Part shown: piece after piece, positions 1 to 13,290 of the stretch
Position numbering within the stretch: the first letter of the stretch is position 1
Layout: each line of letters starts with the position of its first letter
NCBI GenBank assembly: GCA_964106645.2
Contig: OZ067040.1
Length of the DNA: 64,000 bases
Origin: Podarcis pityusensis
Lineage: Eukaryota
Reading direction: 5' to 3' (one strand)
Position numbers and translations under genes: made by a program
The notes under the pieces: model-generated
The model's database searches: none
Told to the model about the DNA's origin: nothing
Seen by the model: the letters and a program-made list of their open reading frames with translations, nothing else

Positions 1-2164
1 AAGAGTGCTTTTTACACTTGACAGAACAAAGAGTATTTAAAAAGTGACATTTTTAAGTTTTAAAAAGGTGCTGTTTTCATTTAAAGGCTAATGAGAGCAA
101 GACAGAGGGAGCATTATTACAATTCTAAATTTAGAGCTTAGGATAAATTTTCAGATAAAGCAGAAAATGGTCTTCAACTTTATATATATATATATATATA
201 TATTAGTACTGCGAAATAAAATACCATAATTTAAATTTCCATATTGCCAAGGCAATACATTAGTAAAGTATTATTTCCAGGTCTTTCTGTCTATGACTTG
301 CCCATCAGCCAGCCATAGAGTCACCACTCCTTCTCCTCCCAGTTCAGTTGGTGGGGGGGGGGTCAAACACAAATCCCTGGACACTCCATTCCTCTCTGTT
401 TTCATCCCCTTTTCTCTCTCTTCCTGCCATGTCAAGGGATGTATGAAATTAGACTGAGGCCACATGCAGCCCTAGGGCAACACACTCCTGCCTTATGCTC
501 TCACGTTTCAGCTTCAGATTAAGAGTTAGACAAATATCCAGCAGAAAGTTATGGAAGAAAACCCCAAGTAAATGCATTATAGATAACTTACTGAGGATGA
601 TGAGCTGAGTGACAAGCATAACTTAAAAGTGCACATCTTCTAATGTATAATACACAACAGCAGAAGATTCTACACCCACAGGGCACATGTAACCAAGTCT
701 AAATATGGCTGAATGCCAAGGAAGAAATGTGAGCAAGCACATACTGCCAAATGAGCAACTTGTCGCTCTCAAAATATATATGCATTCTTCTCCATGATAT
801 GTCTTCAATATTTTCTCACAAAGACGGCAAAACCTAAGCCTGCTTGATGGAACTATCCTATGCATAAATTTCAATGGGTGTTACTACCAGTGTATATAGG
901 ACTGCAATCAGTTGTTGTGAATGTTGCAGCCTTACTGTTGTAATTTCCTCCAACACAACACCCAGTTCTGTAAGAGGGTTTGGAAACAATAACACTTCAC
1001 AGAAGTACAATTCCCAGGGTCCCCTGAAGAAACCAGAAAGTATAAACATTTATAGTGTCCATGTGCCCTTAAAGAGATACAGCAGCAACGCATGAGAGAG
1101 CTACTAGCAACAGATGGCAATGTTTTATTGAAAGCATGCCACGGCAATCAGTGAAGTACTTCAACAGTTTTCCTAGTGATATCTTCAGTTTGGCATAGGG
1201 GGAAAGAGCTGGAAATAAAATACATGCAGCATTCAATGGCTGAATTTCACACAGCTGCATCTCAAATTACTAGCGTCAGGTGGGAGGTGTATTTCTTAAA
1301 ATGACTGCAAAAATTACAGAAAAATAACACCTCATGTTGATATTTCTCTAACTAATCCTTAGCAGTGAACTTAGATCCACCTGTAGTCTAGAAAGCTCTG
1401 TGCTAAGATGCGAGAAATAAATAAAGAGAGGGGATTATAGCATGGTAAGTAAGGAAGGGAAAATGTCTGCAATTTCCACTCCCTGACTCATCAATCAGAA
1501 AATGCAAAAACATTCTACTTGGAAAGAACAGAGGTGTGTTGCAAAGAAAATCTCATGCAAGTATTTTCCATTTTTGAGGGGCTACATTTTATATTGTGAT
1601 TAAGCGCATTCGTACAGTAGGACTCCTACAGCTCAGATTGACAGTGATATCATACCAATAGAACAAAGACTGCTTGGACAAACTCACTCCAGAAATTATG
1701 GCAGGACACTCTGATTTAATAAGAACTAAGAGTCTAGTATTTCTTTTTACTGTTAGTCAGGTTTTTATGGCACACAGGGAAATGGTTTAGCTAGAAAATT
1801 TTAAGTACATTTCCATTTCAAAACTTTTAATAATTTAAGGCATTTCCATCAATGAACTACTTTTCAAAACAGTAAGATGCTTTTTATTCAGTGATTTGCT
1901 CACAATCTGCATAATTTGGGAAATGGTTTACAATGTTGCAACATTTCCAGCATACCATTTCTTCTTATCAATGTTTCAAGTTGGCATTTGAAAGGAATAT
2001 GTTCTGTAAATCACAACGACCAAAAATAACTTGAGTAGGTCTCAGTTCAGAAACTAATCCGACCTTTACATGGTAAAGGATCAGCACCAATTTTACCCTC
2101 ACAAGTATACATAAAATCATATATAATGCAGATACCCAATTATACGCAATTCAGGATAGATTAA

Positions 2165-2265
2165 TCTCAGGGTTCTGCGTTCGAGCCCAACGATAGGCAA
2201 AGAATTCCTGCATTGCAAGAGGTTGGACTAGATGGCTCTCAAGGTCCCTTCCAATGTTACAATTT
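2165..2265 (+). mobile_element. Truncated tRNA-SINE with CR1-like tail
   Basis: B box gttcgagccc followed by ttcctgcattgcaagaggttggactagatgg...gtcccttccaa. Confidence 0.7.
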
Positions 2266-2759
2266 GTACAGTTCTTTGTTACAAAGTTCAGGAAGATCAC
2301 TTAGGACTGGGTACCTATTTGGTGCCACTCATTCCTTAGCTAAGCCTAATAGATTCAAATGTTGCTCCATATACAATTGCATGAGAAATCTGGAAATATT
2401 AATTCTTCTGGCTGTGATTCAGAGAGCCCTTGAATTATACACTGGGATTTCTGTATTCACAGCAGCACTCTGGAGCACACAATAGCCTCATTCAAAGTTA
2501 ACAAAAGCAGTGTGGATTATTTAGGGGGAAACTGCACATTACATTGCAGCCATGTGTGACATTAACCTGACATTCCTTCTATACCGCAAAATGCTCTTGG
2601 AAGGGGGTGATTTGTTGACAAGGGATTGGGAGGGGGGAAAGGAAGTTTTTAATCAGGCTTGTTACCCCTGGAACTCCCCCAGCTGCTTTTGCCCCAACCT
2701 AGTGCCTGTGAAGTATGCACAGATCCAGAGTAGTACAACTGTTTGAGCAGGGCAGTTTA

Positions 2760-3085
2760 AATAAATAATAATAAATTTTATTTATACCCCACCCTCCCCG
2801 GCCGGAGCCGGGCTCAGGGCGGCTAACACCAGTAAAATTACAGTAAAAACATAATAGGGGGGGAAACCAATTTAAAATACAGGTTAAAATACAATTTAAA
2901 ATGCAGCCTCATTCTAAAAGTAGCGCATAGATCAAAACCATAAGGGTCAGACTGAGTCCAAACCAAAGGCCAGGCGGAACAGCTCCATCTTGCAGGCCCT
3001 GCGGAAAGATGTCAAGTCCCACAGGGCCCTAGTCTCTTGTGACAGAGCATTCCACCAAGTCGGGGCCAGTACTGAAAAGGCCCTA
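2760..3085 (-). mobile_element. L2-clade LINE 3' end
   Basis: The minus strand reads gggccttttcagtactggccccgacttggtggaatgctctg... (RAFSVLAPTWWNAL) and ends in an AT-rich (taa/aaat) tail near 2760-2785. Confidence 0.7.
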
Positions 3086-3708
3086 GAGAAATGGTTGCTG
3101 CCTAAGCCATTCCTTACCTCATGTTCCTTCTACAATGCAAATAATTTCCTCTTGAAAACACTTAGCAAGAGAAAACCAGCTGCCACAGCTAGAGCTAAAA
3201 CAAGTATCTGAAAGGTGAGAGATGGAAATGCACACTCTGTGCTCAAATAGACTACGATTCAGCCCCTAAGGGGCCTTTTCTGCTCGCCACACCTGCTAGC
3301 CGTTCCCCCTTCCTCAAAGGAAGGCTTTTTTGCAGGGTGGAAGGAGGGAGGAAGAAGGTTTCACAATGCAAGGCAAGAGGATGGAAAGAGTGATGAAACT
3401 TAGGTAATAGGGGATTTTTGTTTTTTCAAACTCGCTTAATTTTCAGGGCAAGCTGGAGGTGGCTCACACATTCCTAATCACAGTTTCAATACATTTGGTT
3501 GCAGTGTACCATGTCCTTATTTACTTCTTAAGGCTCTGAGTGGTATTTTAATTGGTCTGAAAGTTGTTAGTGTGCTCACCAGCAATTTCTCTGGAGCTAA
3601 TTCGATGAATGAAGTGCAACGCATCAGGAAATTCATTTCAAATCAACAGAAGGCTGCTTGGACAGTTTTATGTTCTGGGGAAGAGAGACACACCTGTACG
3701 GTACTTAC

Positions 3709-3737
3709 CCTGCTGATATGCTTAGGAGTCGAAACAT
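3709..3737 (-). CDS. PDE10A: PDE10A coding exon 3 (29-bp microexon)
   Basis: ccttttcttacag|ATGTTTCGACTCCTAAGCATATCAGCAGG|gtaagt. In phase with exon 2 it encodes DVSTPKHISR, aligning with mammalian DESAPKEVSR. It is not annotated as such in the ORF track. Confidence 0.9.
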
Positions 3738-5949
3738 CTGTAAGAAAAGGAAGCAAACAATTAGATGCTCCTGGAAAGTTCAGAATAATTTTAATTTTCA
3801 AAAAAATTCCAAAGTTAAATAATCCTACTGCTGCTTTCAGTGTCTATTACATCACAATATATTTAGAATTGTTTTATTCCACATCCTTATCTTCAGTAGA
3901 ATACTTAATTTTGGCAAGTTTTAAGAATTCAAATCTATTCAACATATTAATCTATGGCTCATATTAGCAGCTTGCAGCTTGAACTAGGAATAAAGTCCCA
4001 CTTCTACGTTCCCTGAATCTACAAGCCAGACCCTTGGGCACATGTCCATCTTATGGCACCTCAATGCTGCTAAAGGCACTGGTAAGATGGTATAAAATAT
4101 GAATTGCAAATTTCCAATGCATTCTTCCCTGGTGCACCCAGCCAAGCAATGGGCAAATGGAAGTTACCAGAGGCTGCAGCCCCACCTGCAGCAGGCATAG
4201 GAAACCTCCCAGTATGAGGCATTTTGGGGGAGGGCATGCTGCCGTCATATGACAGCAGTGGTCTCATCCAGACTTCTTTGCTGCCCCATTCTGGGAACTG
4301 GCACAGTGAAGGGGCATTTTCTTCCCTGCCCACCTTCTGCCTAGGCCACCATGAGTGCCAGGCTAGGGGTGGTCTGGCTCTTTACCTTAATCAAGACACA
4401 TGAAACATATTGGTGGAATAGAGCTGAGAAGTTTCCTTGTGCCTTCTCTAGCAACACTGCATCAAGTGAGTGCTGACACAGCCTGGTCCAGAGAAGGAAG
4501 ACACACGTCTAATAATTAACTCTTTATTGGCAAGAGAAGCACTTACAGCAGCTTCCACAATACTCTGTATACACATGCTTTTAGCCTCTAGGCAACTGCC
4601 CACAGGTCTGGCCCTATGGAGCAGGTGCAGCAACAGTGAGGCCACTCACCTCCCCTGCCTTATATACTTTCCTCTGACAGGTTGCATGCCCACAGCCTGA
4701 GACTTCTCCTGCATGGAAGTCATTGCTGCTCTTCCCTTTTCAAGCCCCTCCTGGTTCTAGGAGACACTGGGATGGGGGAAGGTGAAGAATCTACTCATCC
4801 ATCCCACACCAGAACCATCCCTTCTTCCTCCACCACATCCTGTGCACCTTCCTCCATCTCCAAATGCCCTTACTCTCACTTCCCTGGCTCCTGCTTTGCA
4901 GGAGGCGTGACACCCCATAAATCACTGGCCCCCTCTCCTGGGTCACTCTCCTGGTCCTCTGTCTCTGCTGCACACTCTTTGGAGCCCTGCCAGTCCCTTC
5001 TAATGCCTGCCTGCCAGATTAATAACCCACCAATATATATGGTATTATGAATTTTAAAATTGAGGACATGCTTATGGGATGGGGCAATACCTAGGGGAGT
5101 TTCAAGTTGCTAAGAACTGGTGTTTTACAGACCAGCCAAAGTCTACATTTGGCTCAGTCACATAAGAACAAATTGTAACAGTCTCTGTTTTGTTTTTGCT
5201 ATACTGTACAATGTTTGGAAAGATTTCAAGCTGAATGCAAATGGTTGCTTTTCCTCACTAATCAATGTGATGTTCTGACTGATGTATCTTTTTTTTTTCA
5301 CCTGTATGCGTTGAGGTTCCTTTATTTCGTATAACAAAATAACCATGAAACAATAATTCTGTATAATAAAAACAACAAGAGTAAATTCCTGTAACTTCTC
5401 TCCTCCTAATGTTAATCTGTCACAGAATATAAAATATATTGTCTCACTGGCTCACTTGGTTTCTATGTTCTTGAGTACATTGAAAACAAACAGACTTTTG
5501 CTGAACTTTGCAATGCAATCCTCAACATCTGCAGAAAAGTCAAGACTGAACAGTTCCCTCTTTTCAGACCAGCTGACAAGAGAAACAAAAGGAAATACCC
5601 CTTGGGAATTGTCTGCTAACGTCAACAAGGGTAAGGGGATCATTAGCAGTAGAAATGATAGGTTACCACATGGGAGAGAGCAGGAATCCAATGTAGAACA
5701 GATTTACGTCAAGGGAACGATTTCATTCTCTCCGAAGGAACCCTACTGTAACTACAACATACGTACATTTGTACTAAAGACGTATTTTATGCACGGTACT
5801 CTAGGGACTGAAAATATGACACTGAGTAAATGTTCAAATGTCCTCTGGACAAACATGAGCACTGGAAAAATGACAAGAACATACATTCCTTTATTTCTTC
5901 AGGATATTTGAACAAATCTGTTTTGAATAATACTCTACCTTTTTCCTAA

Positions 5950-6110
5950 GGGCTTATCCGCACTTCCTCTTGTCCTGCTGCTTTCCCCCCAGGGAAAACC
6001 ACTCTTTAGTGCTCAGTCAGAGCAAATGGCAATTCAGGTTCTCTCCAGATTGAGATTTGCTCTCATTTAGCACTAAAGAGTGGGAAAGGAGTGGGACAAA
6101 GGGATGAATG
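5950..6110. mobile_element. Degenerate palindromic MITE
   Basis: Inverted arms ccactctttagtgct...agagcaaat / atttgctct...agcactaaagagtgg. Confidence 0.55.
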
Positions 6111-6132
6111 CTGTGGAGTACAGATTCATGGT

Positions 6133-6331
6133 AGAACAGAACAGAACAGAATAGAATAGAATAGAATAGAATAGAATAGAATAGAATAGAATAGAATAAT
6201 TGAGTTGGAAGAGACCCTGAAGACCATCTAGTCCAACTTCCTGCAGTGCAGGAATATGCAGCTGTCCCTTACGGGGATCGAATCTGTGACCTTGGCATTA
6301 TTAGCACCACGCTCTAACCAACTGAGCTATC
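6133..6331 (-). mobile_element. tRNA-derived SINE with CR1-like tail (Squam3-like) and (TCTAT)n tail
   Basis: Minus-strand A box GATAGCTCAGTTGGTTAGAGCG and B box GATTCGATCCCC, then ttcctgcactgcaggaagttggactagatgg...cttccaactc. The tail is expanded to (aatag)n at 6133-6198. Confidence 0.85.
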
Positions 6332-6589
6332 AACATATAGAAAAAGCATGAAAATTATATTATTTCATGTGACATGTTCATTTCATCTGAAATACATAGA
6401 AGAAAAGGAATGCAACTCTAAAATGTTTTTCTCTTCACGCATTTCTCTGTAGCCTCCCTATCTTTTCTTCCAAATGAATTCATACCTGCCACAACTCCCT
6501 GAATTTAATGTTATATAGCAGAAACCTCTCCAAACAGAATTAAGAGCTTTCACTTTACTGTAACACAGAAAGGGCAAAAGCCTTTAAAA

Positions 6590-9120
6590 TGGTTCGGAGC
6601 AAGGAGACTCTCTATATACAGGACAACCCGAACTGTTACTTTGTGCCGTGCCTGCTTTGCTCCTGCAGGCTGCTCAGCTCAACATTCAGTGATGAATTCC
6701 CTCAAGGGATCTTCTGAGGCTGTTTCATCACAGTGCTTTGTTCTATGACAATAGAGGTATGCTCACCTCTGCAGAGAGAAAGCAGCCTTGAAGAAGCAAG
6801 GCTGTTTTATGCAGGCGGATGAGTCACCTTTGAAGGTCCAAGAGGCTCCCAACGCCCCCAACTTTGTAATGAAGTTCTTGTATCAAAATTTAAGAGCAAA
6901 TGTCAATAAAATGACATCAACGGTCTTGGCAAGCAAGTACAGAGATCACATTGACTGTGGTGAATAATATATTAAATTACACAATGTTTTTATTGCATCC
7001 CAGTAAAGTCTAAAGCTGGATCTGGGTGGAATACTGGTCCCTGGGATATGAGGTCTGGTAGGATTGGGAGTGTCCATGCAGTGATCACTTTCAGAACTAG
7101 AAACTCAAAGAAACAAAGACGCTAGGGTCAATGGGGGGTACCACTAGGACTAGTTGTGCCTGTTCCCATATCTTGTACAGAATTCTTGGTAGGATCACCA
7201 CCAGAGGAAAAGCATAATGGAATCCAAGAGGCCATGGTGATATCAGAATGTCCCATGCCTCTGCTCCTGGGTCCTGGAACCTCTAGTAGTAGTATGGGAG
7301 GCAAAGAGGTCTACATTGAATGGGCCCAGGGTTCACTGAAGGTGTCTGAACACCAGGTTGTGAAGCATCCATTCCCCTGGATCCAGCCTGGGGCAACTCA
7401 GACAATTGGCCTGTGTGCTGGATGCACCAGAGATGTATTTCAGAGAGATGCTAAAGAGATGCTTCTCTGCCCAGAACAGGAACAAAGTAGTCTCTTGTTG
7501 CAGATCTGTTTTGGTCCCTCCTTTTCTGTTTATCTAGGATTGCACACTCATGTTATCTGTTCCAATCAAGTCATGAGGCAGGCACCAGCAGCAGAAGTGC
7601 TGAATGGCTAGTTGTGCTGCAGAGAGTTTGATCCACTTGACGCTGTGTTGGAATTTGGTGGCTGTCCAGTCCACTGAGACTAACTGTCCCTCGCAATGTG
7701 CTCCCCAGTCTTGTAGGCTGATGTTATGGTTCTTTGGTAGCCAAACCTTTCCAAAGGTTAGCCTCCCTGGTCCACCAATGCATGCTCTCTTGTAAATATA
7801 GAGGGATTGGAACATAGAGATGATTGCTGTGGATAATCAACCATTGGTGTGGTAAGAGGAACCACTGAAGCGGTCTCACATGCAATTGGGCCTGTGAAGT
7901 GAATTGTGAGGCCAACATGCATAGACCCAGGATACAGGCTAACAACATGATGTCCATCCTCTTGGACAGTATCAATAGTTTGGCATCAGCTTTAATCTTG
8001 ACTAAAATTGTAGAGAAAGGAAGATCTCTGGGCCTGCGTTGAAGTGGAGGATGGGCAGAAGGATAATCCTCAAAGCCCAGGAACTCCTCCTCAGAGGAAG
8101 GAGGGGAATGACAAGCCTATGTCACAACCTGTGCTGGGCTAGTTTCCTCTGGGGCACTGAACTGGACATGCAGTGGCCAGGAAAGAGAAGGGAGAACAAA
8201 GGTAACTGGTCTTAACTTGTCTCTAGAACGATGGGCCCACTTCTCCTGCTTTTCCCACCTAAACTGCTGCTTCATTGCACTGGCAGTAGGTTGTAGATGC
8301 TTGGTGTTCTGCGAAGCCTTATGGGGCTGCTGGGTCTCACAATCGCCCATCAGGGCTTGCTGTGAGCCCAAAGAGGCCATCTCACCCTTTAAGGGAGGGC
8401 AGAGTCTTATGAAGGAACAGAGGGTCACCCCACACAACTGCTGCAAGGAAGCAGTGGGTTCCAAAGGCCTGATCTTGCCTGCTCAGGAGCACTGGGCCCA
8501 TCTGGGCCTGGTCAGGAAACCCTTTGGAAACCCTTTCTGTCATGGATTGCGGGGGGGAGGGGGATTGGGGGGAACTTGACAAACATAGTTGTGCCTGTAA
8601 GAATCCTCTGGTACCAAAGGGATGCAATCTGTAACCAAAGCTGCAAAGGGCTGCTCTGATTTCCAGGGTGGGGGCAAGCACTGCCACAGCCACTTGCAGA
8701 GCTTCCAGGAAGCTTTCTAGCATCCTAGCCGCTGCCAAGCTCAGCCCACAGCCATGATCGGTGAAATCAGATAAAAATTGTAGCCAGGAGTAAACGCCCC
8801 AGGCAAGCTGCCTGCTTCTCCCTCTTCTGAAGAGGGGAAACAGGACAGGGGGGAGAAAGATCTAGAATTTCTTTTCTTTTTTAAGAAATAAGAATAATAA
8901 TAAGAGGGTTAAAAAGTGAAGTGAGAAAGAATAAGCTAAACCAAGATGATGAAATAAGAAGAGCCAAAGGCAATGAAACTGCTTCATCGAGGCAAGAGCA
9001 AAAAACTGAAGAGGGGACAGCCTATCTCCTTGTAATAGCTACTCCTGCCTTTGCCCACTAGAGGCACAAGGAAGCCCAACTCAGTTGATTTATGGCTGTG
9101 CTTCTAAGTCAAAATAACTT
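6590..9120 (-). mobile_element. Decayed DIRS-type (tyrosine recombinase) retrotransposon, RT/RNase H/methyltransferase-like remnants
   Basis: Minus-strand ORF pieces LLACILGL...QAQLHVRPLQWFLL (7724-7975) and SLQDWGAHCEGQ...KWIKLSAAQLAIQHF...LIGTDNMSV (7534-7815) match DIRS RT-end/RNase H motifs (ARLHMRPLQ, DAS.GWGAH, INWLEL.A, TDN). A YAFP-like motif lies near 7210. There are many frameshifts and stops, and the ends are approximate. Confidence 0.78.
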
Positions 9121-9149
9121 CTCAGAAAGGAGGAGGAGAAGACATACTT

Positions 9150-9280
9150 ACTCTCCTTCCTTGGAGGTTTTTAAGCAGAGGTTGGTCATCTGTCATGGGT
9201 GCTTTAGCTGAGTTTCCTGCATTGCAGGGGGTTGGACTAGATGACCCTTGGGGTCCCTTCCAACTCCATGATTCTATGAC
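9150..9280 (+). mobile_element. CR1-type LINE 3' terminal fragment
   Basis: tctccttccttggaggtttttaagcagaggttgg...ggttggactagatgacccttggggtcccttccaactccatgattctatga, the CR1 3' end with its ATTCTRTG tail. Confidence 0.8.
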
Positions 9281-9379
9281 TCTGTTTCTACTTCTGCATG
9301 TTCAAAAATGTATGGAAATACAATTCCAGAATCAGCCCAATCATCAGGAGAATGATTCCAAAAGTTACTGAGATATTAC

Positions 9380-9508
9380 CTTCCTCTGTGTTGTGTTTCC
9401 TTCTCAGCCATTTTTCCACTGTTTCAGCACTTACACTTTCTGACACAAATTCATCCAGTACCTGGGGATGGAGAGAAAGATAGGCCTTCACTTTTTCATC
9501 TGTCAAAC
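9380..9508 (-). CDS. PDE10A: PDE10A coding exon 2 (129 bp)
   Basis: Acceptor ttctctttttcag|GTTTGACA and donor GAAG|gtaata. Encodes (S)[42 protein letters not shown], nearly identical to PDE10A. Phase 1 at both ends. Confidence 0.97.
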
Positions 9509-10139
9509 CTGAAAAAGAGAACATTGCTGTTTATACTATGACTATTTTAATGAGAAATGTTATGGAAATAACAAAAAAGACAATCAGGAATGAGCTCTGT
9601 TGTGCCATGTACATCAGAATCACCTGGCCTGAAAACTTTGCAATAATTCAAAAGGTGATAACAGAAAGATATAATGGAGGCCTGCACTCTGCAAGTAACA
9701 AATTGCATGAAAGTCCACTAACTGACCACTATGAAATCAACCCATGAGCAGAAAGCTAAAGGTAGGCAAACAGTTGCTGAGCCACTGGCAAATGAAAACC
9801 AATGAAGGGCCAAGTGTCTGGAGGACCTTGAAAGAGAGCCAAGTAGACAAGTAACTAAATGGATTTTTTAAAAAAATTAATTAAAGCAACAACTTTAATT
9901 AATGTAAACATGCATTAATTAGTGTGCATTTTGTTAAAGTAGAAACAGACTTTTGAGGAAACATTGCACTGAGTTGACAAAGCAACACTTCAGTGATTTC
10001 AGATACATGTGTCTGAACAAGTTTCAGATGGCACATGAAAAATCTGGCGGGGGGGGGGGCGGATCTAAAAATAAAGATTACCAGACATTTGCTGTATTCC
10101 AAAAAGTGAAAATCAGGACACAAGGTGTTGAGCTTCCGA

Positions 10140-10248
10140 TAAGGGTTGCCAAATTTTCCAACACATTTAAGCAATTTCTGCCCGGACACTATTTCCAACT
10201 GCTGTGTTCCAGTTATGTCCAAGAAATTCCGGACGTATGGCAGCCCTA
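10140..10248. mobile_element. Small MITE with agggttgcca-type TIRs
   Basis: agggttgcca ... tggcagcccta inverted ends. No clear TSD. Confidence 0.5.
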
Positions 10249-12879
10249 TTCCCACCCCACCTCACCTGCGTGTGTGCTATCCATTGATATAGATCTAAGA
10301 AGCAATAGTGGATGCACATGGGTTGAAAGCAATACACAAGTCTCTACTGCTAAGTGGGGGGCGGGGGGAGCAAAGAGCGAAGAAATTGCCATTGCCAGAT
10401 AGCACTGTGTGATAGCAACTGAATGATGGCGTGTACTAGGACTCCTCTCAGCAGCACAGTGCAAGGTCATGACCTGGAGAGTACCCTATTCATCTCATAA
10501 AACAAAACAAAATAGGAGCTATTTCCAAATATATTTCTTCTTCCAAAGAAAAGCATACACATACGAATAGAGACAAGTATGCACACGCACGCACACACAC
10601 ATACACACAGGCAGAGTAGTTAAGATTTGGATATAACCACAGACCTCAAGCTATTGCACTGAAAGGAAAGAGAAAGTGGAATCTTATAAAGGAGGTATTG
10701 TGATGATTTTTTTTCAAAGGAAAGGAATTGTACTTAATGAAAATATACCATGTCCCACTGCAATGTCACCAGATTCACTCCATTGGAATTACAATTGGCA
10801 AAAACAAATAAAGCCTGCAAACGGTACACATGTAGTTGGCTACTTAAGCAGACATGGCCCAATTCTGAGCTTGAACCGTTGTTGCTCTTCAATGGTTCAA
10901 ATGTGACTTTCCCACAAGTTCCAAAAATGAAACAGGGCAACAAATCTCTGCCAGCATAATTCAAGCTTGACCTAGCCTCACACATCTTCTAGTCATTACA
11001 CAAAGACAGAGGTGCTAGTTCCAACAGTATGTATTCCCAGAGAAAAATGGCCAAAAAGCTCCCTTCATAAGTTTCAAACACAAGGCAAAAATCTTGCATG
11101 CGAGTACTGACAAACCTCCTAAAGCTGGTCCACCTGTTTTGTGTGTCACGATTCATCCCTGCTTGATTGTTGATATTGTTGAACCACAGCTCCCATCATC
11201 CATGACCACTGGTCATGATGACTGTGGCTGATGGGAGTTGTAGTCCCAACAACATCTGAAGCATACCAAACTTAAAGAAATTGGTACTAAACAAGTTTGT
11301 ACTAGGAATGTTTCTTGCCTGCTTTGAATAGACAAACCAGCAAGTATGTCTGTCTTTCATGCCTGCAACTTGTACAGCAGGAATGGGAAATCTCCAGATG
11401 TTTTGAGGCTATTGCTCCCATCATACTGGCCAAAATGCGAGTTAGCATCCTACAGCATCAGGAAAGCTGCAAGTTCCCTATCCCTGTTCTACAGCATGAA
11501 AACAAAGACTCTCACTTTAAAGATAACGAGCAGATAACAGCGGCAAACAACAGCACAGTTCTGAGAGTACTGAAGTAATCAAATACACAAATAAACTGAA
11601 AGCAATAATAATAGCCTGACAGACATGGTAGAATTTTAAACAGAAAATGTTAACATACATGACAGAATGTCATTATTCATGACAGAGTCATTTCTGTGTC
11701 CTCACTTACCCTTACTTAAAGCCCATTGATGTCCATGGTCCTGTTTATGCATAATAATGCAGGATCACAGTCACTGAGACTAAAACAAGTATCTTCAAAA
11801 CACTGTACTAGAAAAACAACAGCTTACATTTAATAATAATTTTAAAAAAGCAGCTCTGGTCGCCTCATAACTTTGAGTTTAGCATGCAAGGTTTTCCTCA
11901 TCTTACAAGTTTTTCATTGCAAAAATCCATTTCCTATCTTCACGTTGCAAGAGCAATACGATACAAATATTTTTCAAAGGTGTGTCGGAAACAAGTGCAG
12001 CAAATCGCCTAGAGGGAGTAAGTTGCATGTTTTCACAAACAGAAAACACACTGAATACAAAAGTGATAATTAGTTCTGCTGGGGACAGAACTAATTAGAA
12101 TAACTCCTTAACTACTGCTTCTCACTGTGAATGCGTGGATAAGAAACATTTGTTTTAGCACAAATAATAAAAAATTATTCCTTCATCATCGTTATTTCTA
12201 CAATAATAATATTTTTATGTAATGCTTCTAAAGCATTCAAAACACTTCATATAAACTCATAATCCTTATAACAACTGACTTGTAAAGTCAGTATTATTCT
12301 TATGGGGGTATTGTGGCTGAGAGATGTACCTTATTTATGCATTGCTCATGTGTAGTACAACTGGGTGTCAGGGGACTCAGCTACACAGCTGCAAATAAAA
12401 CGTTTTAAATGTGTTGTAAAGCGCAATATACAAATGTGACACAAGACGGCGACAGTGAGCTATGCCAAATTCAATATATTTTTCAAAACTTTTTTTAAAA
12501 AAGCATTTTCACAGCATTGTTTATATGTGTGTAGATTCCATCCTGAAGTAACATCTAGGCACAAGGAGCGTCTTGCAACTCTGCCATTCTATTCAGACAA
12601 TTGCTCACAATGCATGTTTGTTTACTTTTAAAAATCCAAAGTCAGGAGTAAGACTAAAGATGCGCCCCCACTCTGGTCTGTGAACATGGCCTGTAAGCAA
12701 GTTACACGTGTGCAGGGATACATGGTCTGCCTAAGGCTACCTACCTAGTGAGCTTTGAATTATAGACTTACCAGCTCACAGTGCCTTTTAACAGCTTTGG
12801 GTCATAAACTTCACACTTAAGTAGGTGGAGATAGCCTTGCCAGTTATCCATGTTCTTGCTACCTTCTTGTTAATATTTT

Positions 12880-13290
12880 ATTACAATGCGCTTTGTGTGG
12901 AGCTGGCTTCAAAAACAGTCTAGAATTTTTTGTCAGTCCAAAATAGGGTGGCAAGCTTGTTAACTGGGACTGGGCAATCTGACATTACTCCTGTCCTCCG
13001 AGAGTTGCCTCCCAGTGTTTCTTGGCTCAGTTCATGGTGCTGGTTAAGTCCTGCATCATTGCTGATAGATCACCTCCTCCCACATATAGCTACGCAGACA
13101 ATGAGGTCACCTCTGAAGGCCCTTCTCCAGGTGCCCTCACCAAATAAGGTGAAGCAGTTGGCTACCAGGAAGAAGGCTTTGTTGGCTATAACACCCTGAT
13201 GATGGAATGTCCTCTTCAGAGAAGCTCCCTTGGTGCCCACTATATCCTTTTTGATATGAGGACATTCTTATTTCCCCAGAATTCTAAGCA
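12880..13290 (+). mobile_element. L2-clade LINE 3' fragment
   Basis: VQNRVASLLTGTGQSDITPVLREL resembles the L2 ORF2 end (VQNAAARLLTG..DHITPVLRELHWLP). It is followed by the degenerate RAFS..AP.LWN-coding tail. Confidence 0.75.

Noticed and set aside
1-3708. PDE10A exon 4 (YQDTNMQGVVYELNSY-like)
   Set aside because: No matching sequence was found, so it presumably lies beyond the left edge of the window.
6255-6331. tRNA gene (A and B boxes); also the fragment at 31508
   Set aside because: It continues into a CR1-like tail and microsatellite and lacks a complete cloverleaf, so it is a SINE head.
9288-9524. 78-aa ORF as a complete gene
   Set aside because: Only 9380-9508 is exonic. The MFSFSG start and GNISVTF... 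tail are intron read-through.
10645-10680. Strong minus-strand polypyrimidine acceptor suggesting a microexon
   Set aside because: The only nearby donor (GAG|GTCTGT) is weak and the 14-nt length is not frame-preserving.
11700-11745. Strong minus-strand donor (AGG|GTAAGT) with ACCATGG upstream
   Set aside because: Both upstream ATG frames stop before the donor, and the sequence resembles a common degenerate interspersed repeat.
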